IMG/VR virus record: IMGVR_UViG_3300027896_000013
Source: a virus
Strand: one strand, 5' to 3'
DNA length: 64,000 bases
Position 1 is the stretch's first letter. Each line of letters opens with the position of its first letter. Shown here piece by piece: positions 6,675 through 15,311 of this stretch. The position numbers and the translations under genes are program-made. A model generated the notes under the pieces. It saw nothing but the letters and a program-made list of their open reading frames with translations, made no database searches and was not told the origin of the DNA.

Positions 6675-7715
6675 AGAGGTTGTATTCCGTAGCCGCGATA
6701 CTAAGTATACTTATGAAAGAACAAATCATCGAAGCAGTTCGACAATATTATAAAACATATAACAAATCTCCAGGAATTCCAAATAGTTGTAATCCTCTGA
6801 TGCCTGATGTACCATGTTATGCAACAATTAAAAAATACTTCAATTCGTGGAATGAAGTCTTAAACATTGCAGATATACCATTAAACATGAAGTCACCAAA
6901 ATCGAGAGTGCAAATTATATGTGCAAACTGTGGTAATACTAGAATGATACAACCTACAAGAATAAGTCAAACAAAACGCTCTTTTTGTAGTAAACATTGT
7001 GCAGGTACATATAATAGTAAACTACCAAAACATAAAACATTTCAATCAAAAGCAGAAAAGCAAATTAGAAAATATATTACAACTAACTATCCAAATCTTG
7101 AATTCATCACAAATAACAAATCACATATCGGTTACGAACTTGATATTTTTATACCGAGTCTCCAACTCGCTTTTGAAATAAATGGTATTCATCACTACAA
7201 ACCTATATATGGTACACCTTTATTTGAAAAAATAAAAATACGTGATAATTTACGAGTTGAAATGTGTGCTGCAAAAAATACAACACTCATAGTTTTAAAT
7301 ATTTCTAAACTCTCCCAATATACAGATAAGCATATGCAACCGTTTTATCAAATAGTAGATACTGCAATTAAAGATCACATGAAATAGTCTCGATTCGGTA
7401 ACCAATTTCTCGGTGTTAATCATTTATCTCAGTCTTTGCAAACTGGTCGATCGTTAAAATCGACTGCCCCAACCATTGCCTGGGTAACGTGTAGCACTAC
7501 CATCCATATTTGTACTTGCATCTACTATGTGGTCAATGAATCATAGGCTTATTCTATAACCCCTTTATTTCACCCTTCCTGCTGAACTTATCCGAGTTTT
7601 TCAAGGGCTCAGGAATGATTCTCCCACGAGCTGCTGTGATGGCGCGAACTTCCTCTAACAACCCAGACCTATTGTATTCATAGGTGACAGGGCTATCAGC
7701 GATAGGTCGAATGAG
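6675..7715 (-). ncRNA. rnpB: RNase P RNA-like gene interrupted by 695-bp nuclease insertion
   Basis: P3 hairpin then GAGGAAGTTCGCG; GGGTGAAA; GCAAG..CAAATA; AGATAAATGA; ACCGAATCG|CGGCTA rejoined across 6700-7394; P1/P2 pair weakly. Confidence 0.75.
6713..7387 (+). CDS. Putative homing endonuclease, Vsr/EDxHD-like nuclease
   Basis: N-terminal PCYATIKKYFNSWNE repeat, Zn finger, ELDIFIP..LAFEINGIHHY; TAAGTA upstream. Confidence 0.75.
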   Translation: MKEQIIEAVRQYYKTYNKSPGIPNSCNPLMPDVPCYATIKKYFNSWNEVLNIADIPLNMKSPKSRVQIICANCGNTRMIQPTRISQTKRSFCSKHCAGTYNSKLPKHKTFQSKAEKQIRKYITTNYPNLEFITNNKSHIGYELDIFIPSLQLAFEINGIHHYKPIYGTPLFEKIKIRDNLRVEMCAAKNTTLIVLNISKLSQYTDKHMQPFYQIVDTAIKDHMK

Positions 7716-7720
7716 TAAAT

Positions 7721-7828
7721 TGGCGCGAGGGGAGATGTATCAGATCTCATTTCAGCACTACCGAGTTTTAATCGGTTGATACGGCGACTTATCAGCTTGG
7801 GTTGAAAATCAACCACTGCTGCCCTCTC
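7721..7828 (-). ncRNA. CCA-ending acceptor/T minihelix carrying a nested three-hairpin domain
   Basis: GAGAGGG/CCCTCGC-GCCA, GAGAT/ATCTC T arm, inner CAGCA/TGCTG junction. Confidence 0.55.
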
Positions 7829-7834
7829 ATAAAA

Positions 7835-7906
7835 TGGCCCCGCCGTAAGGTATCTCACCCTACTTACCGGATTTGGAGTTCGGTTTGTTCAATTGAACGC
7901 GGCGGG
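7835..7906 (-). tRNA. tRNA-Trp(CCA)
   Basis: CTCCAAA loop, short D arm, G73-CCA. Confidence 0.82.
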
Positions 7907-7913
7907 ATTAAAG

Positions 7914-8127
7914 TGGTTGGCCGAGTTTGCACACGCAGTTGCAACCGCGTAGCCTTATCGTGTAGAATTTGCACCTACCCATTGCTGATCAGGCAATGTA
8001 CTCCCAACAGTGTATAAATTTTATGTTCAACATATCACACTCGCCAGAGCTAGGGAATCGAACCTTAGATACACTGAACATGGTAGCCGAGCAGTAGTGC
8101 TGAATACGCTCATCACCGTTTCGGCGA
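7914..8127 (-). ncRNA. Two non-canonical tRNA-like RNAs (7914-8009, 8041-8127)
   Basis: Paired ends and T-like arms (GTAGG-TGCAAAT-TCTAC; AGG-TTCGATT-CCC) without standard cloverleaf. Confidence 0.4.
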
Positions 8128-8213
8128 CACAAATTGGGCGCTCTCGTTTATCCCCTATCACTGTCGGAAATCACAGTAACGATTCGGGGCCTGAAACGCA
8201 ATTCCGAGATTAA

Positions 8214-8315
8214 TCCAGATGGAAGGATTTGAACCTTCGGCGTCTGCATGATCACCCTTTTGCGGTGTCTTGTACCATCATAGTGTGCAGCGGTCTACCA
8301 CTGAACTACATCTGA
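8214..8315 (-). tRNA. tRNA body with 37-nt anticodon loop; identity unresolved, no encoded CCA
   Basis: Canonical acceptor, D arm, CTGCA/TGCAG stem, GAAGG-TTCAAAT-CCTTC. Confidence 0.7.
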
Positions 8316-8324
8316 AATTGAATC

Positions 8325-8427
8325 CAGTTACAGCAGCTGGGGACGAGAACCCTGTTACTCCCGTGTCGAAATGACTTTGAATTGGGTGCGAAGCTATCAC
8401 CACATGAACTCGTAATTACTGTAACTG
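8325..8427 (-). ncRNA. Unassigned structured RNA
   Basis: 11-bp terminal stem CAGTTACAGTA/TGCTGTAACTG, T-like hairpin. Confidence 0.45.
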
Positions 8428-8487
8428 AAATAAAAGGCTCGCGCAAAGCGACAAGCCCAACACCTCCTACCATGGGTAAGTGTGAAA

Positions 8488-8562
8488 TGGAGTGCGAGAC
8501 GGGTAACGCTCCCGCTTGACCTTCCTTGGCAAGGAAGTGCCTCACTTTTAGGCTACTCACAC
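8488..8562 (-). tRNA. tRNA-Gly(GCC)
   Basis: CTTCC-TTGCCAA-GGAAG arm, U73-CCA. Confidence 0.9.
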
Positions 8563-8774
8563 ATGAAATTAAAGGGGGAGCCAAAGCTCGACCCCATTAA
8601 ATCGACGATAGAGCTTTCTCTGTTCCGTCGAACGCCGTGCTATTTTGGAGCTTATATCCAACCTGGGTTCTGCTTTCGCATAACACCCCACGACCGTTTA
8701 GCGATTTTATACTTTCTAAGCACCTTTTTCAAGGAGGCTCGCTGTGAGAGTTCTAAGCCTATCCGTAAATTCCT

Positions 8775-8815
8775 AATAAAAAACCCGCTACTTTTTTCTT
8801 TTTAGTAGCGGGTTT
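8775..8815 (-). terminator. Intrinsic terminator of putative attenuator
   Basis: 12-bp stem AAACCCGCTACT/AGTAGCGGGTTT followed by TTTATT. Confidence 0.85.
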
Positions 8816-8836
8816 CAAAATCTCTGACAAAACCCA

Positions 8837-8953
8837 CTACATTGTAAATCCTTTTTCGTCCGAATTCGCAATCGTAGTCTCATGACGCAGACAATACGGT
8901 TGCCAAGGGCTATTACCCTTTATACTCGCTCTTGTTGTTGGCATTGTTCGCAT
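8837..8953 (-). CDS. Putative attenuator leader peptide, 38 aa
   Basis: MRTMPTTRASIKGNSPWQPYCLRHETTIANSDEKGFTM; TAG lies within antiterminator strand 8830-8840. Confidence 0.7.
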   Translation of the reverse strand: MRTMPTTRASIKGNSPWQPYCLRHETTIANSDEKGFTM

Positions 8954-8960
8954 TTTAAAT

Positions 8961-9020
8961 TACTTATGCTTCGCGTTTCTTTTTCTACTATCAATATACA
9001 TACTATTTTTTAAAGTGCAA
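8961..9020 (-). promoter_or_regulatory. Tandem sigma70-like (TTGCAC-N16-TATATT) and late-type (TAAGTA) promoters of RNA operon
   Basis: Motifs at 9020-8993 and 8966-8961. Confidence 0.65.
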
Positions 9021-9272
9021 CTATTTTTCTTTACGTAATTCACGCAACAATAAATCAAGTATAGGTCTCTTCACTTCAAAGTCTATATTATCACGCAAAG
9101 CAACCCATATAGAACGACCAGTGTCTGAATCTATTTCCAAACTTGTCGCATCAAAAGTAGGCATACGAACAACACCTGTTATAAGATTCTTGGGTATAGT
9201 TAAAACCCAAGTTTCTACAGATCTCTGCTCGTGATAATCTTGCTCTACCTTACTCACCTTTATACCTTTCAA
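9021..9272 (-). CDS. Hypothetical protein
   Basis: ORF overlapping neighbour. Confidence 0.55.
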   Translation of the reverse strand: MKGIKVSKVEQDYHEQRSVETWVLTIPKNLITGVVRMPTFDATSLEIDSDTGRSIWVALRDNIDFEVKRPILDLLLRELRKEK

Positions 9273-9441
9273 TATCTAGCTTGCTAAGATTCCACGGTAC
9301 CATGTGACCACACTTATTACAGCTAAATTTTTCAGCCCACTCACCATACACACTCTTATCTCGATATGTACCATTCTTACACTTTAAACAACGTTTCCGG
9401 TACATATTAAACACTCTCTGAATTATACGTGTGTTGGTCAT
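9250..9441 (-). CDS. Small Zn-ribbon protein
   Basis: CLKC...CNKC. Confidence 0.55.
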   Translation of the reverse strand: MTNTRIIQRVFNMYRKRCLKCKNGTYRDKSVYGEWAEKFSCNKCGHMVPWNLSKLDIERYKGE

Positions 9442-9658
9442 AGATTCGATAAATACTATTATAGCGTATGTTAAACGAAAGTAAAGAAATTTTTAAGATT
9501 TATTCTGGTTCACCTGCAAGTATTAATGTTACTGTTACCAACACTGATAAGTGATAAACTGTTAGTTATGTCAGATGAGGCTGCTTTAAACTCGATTATT
9601 ATATCCATTGCTGAAGCCAACCAAGTAATATGGGTCAGTTGACAGCTGTGTAGCATTA

Positions 9659-10084
9659 ATGGAGACGAAGTCAGTAAAATTCTGTGACATATGTATGTAT
9701 TTATATTTTGACGCTATAAATATCAATGTGAACGTCTACGAATCTAGATTTCTAGCAGAGGGTGATTTTGACCCTCTCTATGATGTACCACCTTACAGCA
9801 TTTATAAGGTATCCTTCAGATATGATGGTAAGAATTATGCTACTACTGTTCGTGTTAATAGTCTACACGAGAAAGAAAGCGCTATCGCACCTGCAGTTGC
9901 AAAGGTTCTACGATCCCTTGGAGTTGAGTCAAACGGTATTTTGACAGATACCATCTTTAACATTAAGCATTTTCCAAAGAATTACAACCTCAAAGTAGAA
10001 TACAAAGAGGATGTAAAGAAACCTACTAATATGCGTGAGCTCTTCAAGAAGAAGCGTCGACCTACTCGTAGTCCTTCAGCATAA
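9659..10084 (+). CDS. Hypothetical protein
   Basis: ORF track; start uncertain. Confidence 0.55.
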   Translation: METKSVKFCDICMYLYFDAININVNVYESRFLAEGDFDPLYDVPPYSIYKVSFRYDGKNYATTVRVNSLHEKESAIAPAVAKVLRSLGVESNGILTDTIFNIKHFPKNYNLKVEYKEDVKKPTNMRELFKKKRRPTRSPSA

Positions 10085-11396
10085 ACTTATTACTCTTCGG
10101 TGGGATGCAATGCTGATAGTTCTCTGATAGGAACCAATACCATCTTTCCGGTCTCACAGGAGATACATTGTCACCGTAACCATCTGTAATAATGAAGATA
10201 GCATCCGGGTAACGGTCAGTTTTCTTCTTCTTCATATCCTGTTGAATATAGTCTTCAATGATATGAAATGACGTACCACCAAACCCGTAGAGCTTCTTAG
10301 AAGCAAAAGATGTTTCGTATATCTGCGTATCAAAGCAAAACAACCTAATGTCAAACCGCTCTTCAGGTAGCGATGATGCAGCTTTCCAAAAGCGATCAGC
10401 CAGATGAGCGCAGCTACCAGATGTATCTAAAAAGAACATCACCTGTACGCGTCTGTTTTCGTCAGCAAAGGAATCTGTCTCCATTTCGGTTGGAATAAAG
10501 ATCTTACCAGCACTAAGCGATTGAACGGTGCAGAAACGACGGTTAATACGCGCCCATTGATCCTTCGATTTATCAGAGCGATACATATACTTCTGCATCC
10601 AGCGCTTAATAACGGTCTCCCATTTACTCTTCTTAACAACCTTAACGTTGACCATTACTTTAACGACTCCACCAGCAGTAGAACCAGCTTGCTTAGTGGT
10701 TTTTGATTCGTCGTCAATAGACTTCTCAACAGCCTTTTTCAGGTTATCGACTTCCTTATCAGAAAGAGCATCACAAGCTTCTTCAACCTTACCGTCAATC
10801 TCTTGCTGAGAATCAGAGTCACCAAATGCTTCACCACCTTCAAATTCACCGTGAGTGTCAACAGTTCTGCATTGACCCTTACCTTCACCTTTACCACCGC
10901 TTTGCGGCTGACCTTTGCCACCTTCACTCACGTTAACGGTCTTAGCATTCTTTATCAACTCATTGTAGTAGAAGTCCATTGAACGTTCCTTTTCAATACC
11001 GTTAGGGAATACAGTGTCATACCAGCAGAGCTCTGCTTGGTTCATAACACGTTTACGATCAAACCCGAAGTTTTTGACTAGGCTTTCGTTAATCACAACA
11101 TCAGCTGCAATGTTACCAATCTCCGGGTGTTTACCTTTGAGACGAGCACCATGATAAAGTATCAAATGCAAAGCTTCGTGACAGATTACAAACTTGCGGT
11201 TGTAATCATCCAGGCTAGCCCAGAACTTAGGATTAAAGTTGAATCCAAAGTAATTGCCTTCCTTGTCAAAGGTAACCGCAGCAGTTGGAATCTTGTCATT
11301 CACAACCGGGCGACCCATTTGCCACAGCCTAGAGAAGATACCGTGGTAGCACTCTAGGTCTTGCGCTATGTTAAAAAACTCATCGAGAGTTATCAT
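10062..11396 (-). CDS. HExxH metallopeptidase-like + vWA protein (DUF2201-like)
   Basis: HEALH, NIAAD..IN, LDTSGS, GGTSF, IITDG. Confidence 0.85.
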   Translation of the reverse strand: MITLDEFFNIAQDLECYHGIFSRLWQMGRPVVNDKIPTAAVTFDKEGNYFGFNFNPKFWASLDDYNRKFVICHEALHLILYHGARLKGKHPEIGNIAADVVINESLVKNFGFDRKRVMNQAELCWYDTVFPNGIEKERSMDFYYNELIKNAKTVNVSEGGKGQPQSGGKGEGKGQCRTVDTHGEFEGGEAFGDSDSQQEIDGKVEEACDALSDKEVDNLKKAVEKSIDDESKTTKQAGSTAGGVVKVMVNVKVVKKSKWETVIKRWMQKYMYRSDKSKDQWARINRRFCTVQSLSAGKIFIPTEMETDSFADENRRVQVMFFLDTSGSCAHLADRFWKAASSLPEERFDIRLFCFDTQIYETSFASKKLYGFGGTSFHIIEDYIQQDMKKKKTDRYPDAIFIITDGYGDNVSPVRPERWYWFLSENYQHCIPPKSNKFMLKDYE

Positions 11397-12829
11397 ATGA
11401 ATTTAGCAAGATTTGCTTTGATGTATTCGTTAACCTTCTTGGACTGACGCGGGGTGATATTGTCCTTCTTGTACTCAAACAAGCAGTTGTGAACGTAAGA
11501 GAACACATTATCAAACCCACTGAAACCAGACATAGCCGTATAATCAGATGTACTCTCAATCATATCGCACAAGCAGTTTGACACATTCTCAGCTTCAGAT
11601 ACAGTGAGACCAACTGATTTCTTGATGTAATTGTCAACCAGTGTAACAGTCAATGATTCAAAGAGCTGTCTACGATAGGTCGTACCTTTCACGATATACG
11701 CACCGTATGAAGCAAGCAAAGAAGTAACATTGTTGCTCGTGTAACCAAGATACGCTGAACGCGGTTTATTCACTTTTCCAGCAAGATTCTTAAAGGTCAA
11801 CTTGCTGATATCCATTGGTGAATTACGCGCCATTTCAAGGATGTGAGACGCGAGACGCTTCTGTACATTCTTATTGGTCGAAGCACCTGCAATCACAGTC
11901 TTATACGTATTGTAATCATTGAATACAAAGTTTTGAACAGCAAGGTTGTTCGTAGTGAGAATCACCTGCTTCTCTTCAGGTATGAACGGGAAGAAGATAC
12001 TAATCCTCTTCGGGTCTTCACAGATATACTTGAAGGTGCTGTTGTAGTTATTCTCATCAGCGATGAACAGCTTAGCTTGCTCCATATCGTCAGTTTTCAT
12101 AACTTCATCCAAGCGCTTGCGGTATGAACCACACTTGAGCTCAGTAATCAGTTTACTCACGTTGATCTTCTGTGGAAGCACATCACGGACGTCACCACCG
12201 TCGATATACATCTGAACAGCGTACTCCAAACGACGAGGGCTAACAAGATCTTTCTCCTTTGCTTCGAGTTCATTCCACCAGGAGACTGCAGACTCACCTA
12301 GACCACTCTCAAAGCGGCGACGGAAGAAGCTGAGGTCGGGTTTGTAAGGTACAATCACTTGAACATGGAAGCGATCTCTTTGCGCGGGGTCAAGCTTTTC
12401 AACATCATACCGGACTTCACCAGCATCTTCACCATCGCTATCTGGATTAACAGCAACCCATATGATCTTGAGATTGTTGAACTTACGACCGTTGATAGAC
12501 TTAAACTGAACCAACTCCATAGTCGCATTACGAACTTTGGGTTGGCTGCGGTTATATTCGTCCAGGAAGATCGCTTGGATCTCATCATCCGCGAAGCACT
12601 TGGGGCGGATGAGGTCGATATAAGTACTACCGTCTGCATCGGTGACTTCTTTAGGTACACCTACAAAGTCCACCCACGGGTCGAGAGTCGATGCAGAGAA
12701 GTAGCGCCACTTCAATTTGGCGCGTTCAAATGCATCAATGATGCGCGCGGTCTTACCCACGCCGTGTTTACCTTCGAATAGTACGTTGTAGTTGTTTTTG
12801 ATCCAAAAATCGAGCTTATTGTCAGTCAT
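11393..12829 (-). CDS. MoxR-like AAA+ ATPase
   Basis: GKHGVGKT, IFLDEYNR, LDPAQRDRF; start placed after TTGAAA-N17-TACAAT; frame stays open to 13012. Confidence 0.85.
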   Translation of the reverse strand: MTDNKLDFWIKNNYNVLFEGKHGVGKTARIIDAFERAKLKWRYFSASTLDPWVDFVGVPKEVTDADGSTYIDLIRPKCFADDEIQAIFLDEYNRSQPKVRNATMELVQFKSINGRKFNNLKIIWVAVNPDSDGEDAGEVRYDVEKLDPAQRDRFHVQVIVPYKPDLSFFRRRFESGLGESAVSWWNELEAKEKDLVSPRRLEYAVQMYIDGGDVRDVLPQKINVSKLITELKCGSYRKRLDEVMKTDDMEQAKLFIADENNYNSTFKYICEDPKRISIFFPFIPEEKQVILTTNNLAVQNFVFNDYNTYKTVIAGASTNKNVQKRLASHILEMARNSPMDISKLTFKNLAGKVNKPRSAYLGYTSNNVTSLLASYGAYIVKGTTYRRQLFESLTVTLVDNYIKKSVGLTVSEAENVSNCLCDMIESTSDYTAMSGFSGFDNVFSYVHNCLFEYKKDNITPRQSKKVNEYIKANLAKFI

Positions 12830-13043
12830 GTTTTTATTGTATGTTGATTTGTTTTGTTTTTCAAGTTTTTTCTTCGACAATTTCGGTGTATACGTTAACG
12901 GTATATAAGGTGCATATATTACTGTTGGTGCACCAGGATGTACCTTCATCTGCTTTGGAGTTGACCACTTCATTGTCCATTTTTTTCTCATCTGAACAGG
13001 ATGATAGTGCAATATTATTGCACTATCAAGGAGAAACTACAGA

Positions 13044-13703
13044 TTACTCAGCGGGGGTAGATGTTTGAGGGATTTGATGTTGTGTACCGAGACCGGCATT
13101 CACAATATCAAGAGCAGCGTGGCGATCAGTATCAACATCAGAGATTTCATAACTGACACCTTCAAGCTCAATAGCTACAATACTACCGATACCATAACGC
13201 CTCAAGACGACCTCCATATCACCAGTAGGTCTGGAAGGAGCAAGGTAATCCTTACACTCTTCTTTTGTCTTTTCACTAAACGTACCGATATTGCTCTTAA
13301 CAACAAAACGCTGAGATGCAGAAGATTGTGGAAGTACTTGAACGTAATGTTTACCAGCGTGCTCTATGATAGATGACGAGGTGTGAGTACCGTATGTTCT
13401 ACCAGGAACATGAATTTCTCCCGGGCTAGCAATGTTAAGCTTTTCCTGCTTTTTTGTTGCGTAATCGGAATTAAGCAAACCTTCAACCTGAGACACCTTA
13501 TAAATCACACCTAGAGGATTCTTCTTCTTGTATGTTGCATCTACAATAGAGGTAAACTTAGTCGGTATATCTTTACCTTGAAGTTTGTTAATTTTATCAA
13601 TCAGTTCAGCTTTGGTGATTTTTACGGCAGTAGGAGAGAAGCCGTAAGCCATCTCTGTCAACAAACTCTTTTCCATTTTATGCAGCGTCTTGATAAATTT
13701 CAT
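13044..13703 (-). CDS. Hypothetical, possible virion protein
   Basis: Late-type motif upstream; LLTE/M possible maturation site. Confidence 0.6.
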   Translation of the reverse strand: MKFIKTLHKMEKSLLTEMAYGFSPTAVKITKAELIDKINKLQGKDIPTKFTSIVDATYKKKNPLGVIYKVSQVEGLLNSDYATKKQEKLNIASPGEIHVPGRTYGTHTSSSIIEHAGKHYVQVLPQSSASQRFVVKSNIGTFSEKTKEECKDYLAPSRPTGDMEVVLRRYGIGSIVAIELEGVSYEISDVDTDRHAALDIVNAGLGTQHQIPQTSTPAE

Positions 13704-13745
13704 ATGAGATATTTATAATGTCATTTGAACGAAAGCTCAACTAAA

Positions 13746-14039
13746 TTATGAAGTAATTTTCCTATAATTCTTATTCCAGATTGCTGTTGCCATTCGTGCT
13801 GATATAATCTCTACAGTTTTTTCATTTAGATCTGGGAAGTACATATGAAGCATCTCGTGAATTAATGTCTTGAGATATCTTTGAGATTTCTGGCGAGGGT
13901 CAATCTCAATCAGTGACGTACCGCACCAATACTGGCCGTAGTTTTGCTCTTTTCCTAATTTGCGCTCTTTTACGTTAGGTACCCATAATGGAGCTACCTC
14001 GGTTTGTAGTGTTACACCCGTTATTTTACGCTTCTTCAC
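13746..14039 (-). CDS. Small HExxH metallopeptidase-like protein
   Basis: TLIHEMLH...E. Confidence 0.65.
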   Translation of the reverse strand: MKKRKITGVTLQTEVAPLWVPNVKERKLGKEQNYGQYWCGTSLIEIDPRQKSQRYLKTLIHEMLHMYFPDLNEKTVEIISARMATAIWNKNYRKITS

Positions 14040-14945
14040 CTAATTACTTATTCGCTCGTATTGCGCAGTGTTACCTCTACCGCTTTTTGTAACCATTTCA
14101 TTGAGAACCATTTCTCTTAGTAATGTCATTGCAGCAGCAACATTACCGTTTACAAGAGGCATCACTTTTTGGAGGGTAATCTCACCTTCAATCTTGAGAA
14201 CTTCTGTCCATAGCTTATTACGAGTGCTATGTTTCTGTACAGTTATTGTCGGATTTACAAGAGGTTCAGTATCAAAGACATATCCCTTAGATGTCATAGT
14301 ACCAGTTAATTCACCTGCGGCACCAAAGCGATTCTTGTCGAACATAATATGCCTACATTCATCAGATTCACCAGCTTCTGGACCAACTATGCGCATATTT
14401 GCATCTACTACATGTAGAAGGTCGCTAGAACCTTTTAGTATGCCCTGTTTAGTTAGGTGACATACAAACCCTGTAGTGCACTCATGTTCTTGTGCTTTAC
14501 TAACGATCGTTTCATAACAGTATTTTTCATGAGCTCTTGTATTCAATCCATGCTTCGTTGTTAGACCTGGAAAGGAATCTATAATCAGAATATCGAATAG
14601 AGGCATAAGAGCAACAATCTCATCTACATCGCTTTTATTACCCAACATCACATCTTGTACACCAAGACGGTTGCAGGTAAATGCCATTTGATATATACTC
14701 TCCTCGCAACCAGCTACACATACACTATACCCCTGCTTGGTTGTCGCTTCTAACATTTGAAACAAGAAAGTAGATTTACCTAGACCAGCTCGACCAGTGA
14801 ATGTAAAAGTTGAACCGGGTAGCCAACCACCGGAGAGAAAGCTATCTACAGCAGGTATACCTGTAGTTATGCGTTTATAGAATACTCCTGGAATTACAAC
14901 ATCCTTTGCGGGCTTAAATTCAGTCGGTGCTATTTCAATATTCAT
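14040..14945 (-). CDS. RadA/Sms-like RecA-family ATPase (no Zn finger or Lon domain)
   Basis: GRAGLGKST, IIDS, HVVDA, KNRFG. Confidence 0.85.
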   Translation of the reverse strand: MNIEIAPTEFKPAKDVVIPGVFYKRITTGIPAVDSFLSGGWLPGSTFTFTGRAGLGKSTFLFQMLEATTKQGYSVCVAGCEESIYQMAFTCNRLGVQDVMLGNKSDVDEIVALMPLFDILIIDSFPGLTTKHGLNTRAHEKYCYETIVSKAQEHECTTGFVCHLTKQGILKGSSDLLHVVDANMRIVGPEAGESDECRHIMFDKNRFGAAGELTGTMTSKGYVFDTEPLVNPTITVQKHSTRNKLWTEVLKIEGEITLQKVMPLVNGNVAAAMTLLREMVLNEMVTKSGRGNTAQYERISN

Positions 14946-15038
14946 TAAATGTATAATACAGGAAAGCTAATTTTAAGTCAAGATAATTTTAAGCACCTAG
15001 AATTTTATTATTAGATAATAAATACTAACAAAGGACAC

Positions 15039-15311
15039 ATGGTAAAAAAATGGACAGTTAAAGTAGGTAAGAAAGATGTACAAGTCGTTGATAGTAAAGG
15101 TGTTGCAGACGCTATCGAGATATGTACACGTGCATTAGAATACCTAAGCGACAATAAAGTCGACTACTCTGTTGGACCTCTTCTTGAAGCACGATGTGAT
15201 GGTGTCTCTGAATTTAAAAGAACTGATGTGGTATTAGCTAATGCAGGTAGATATTATGAAGCTGCTGAGATGCAACGATTAGTTAAGCAAGTCAACGACT
15301 CTAAAGGTTGA
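15039..15311 (+). CDS. Hypothetical protein
   Basis: ORF with TAAATA upstream. Confidence 0.6.
   Translation: MVKKWTVKVGKKDVQVVDSKGVADAIEICTRALEYLSDNKVDYSVGPLLEARCDGVSEFKRTDVVLANAGRYYEAAEMQRLVKQVNDSKG

Noticed and set aside
8041-8127. tRNA-Sec
   Set aside because: TTCA is present but not in a 7-nt loop on a proper stem; no D arm or GCCA end
1498-8805. Short track ORFs overlapping tRNA, tmRNA and RNase P genes
   Set aside because: Better explained by the RNA genes; no protein motifs
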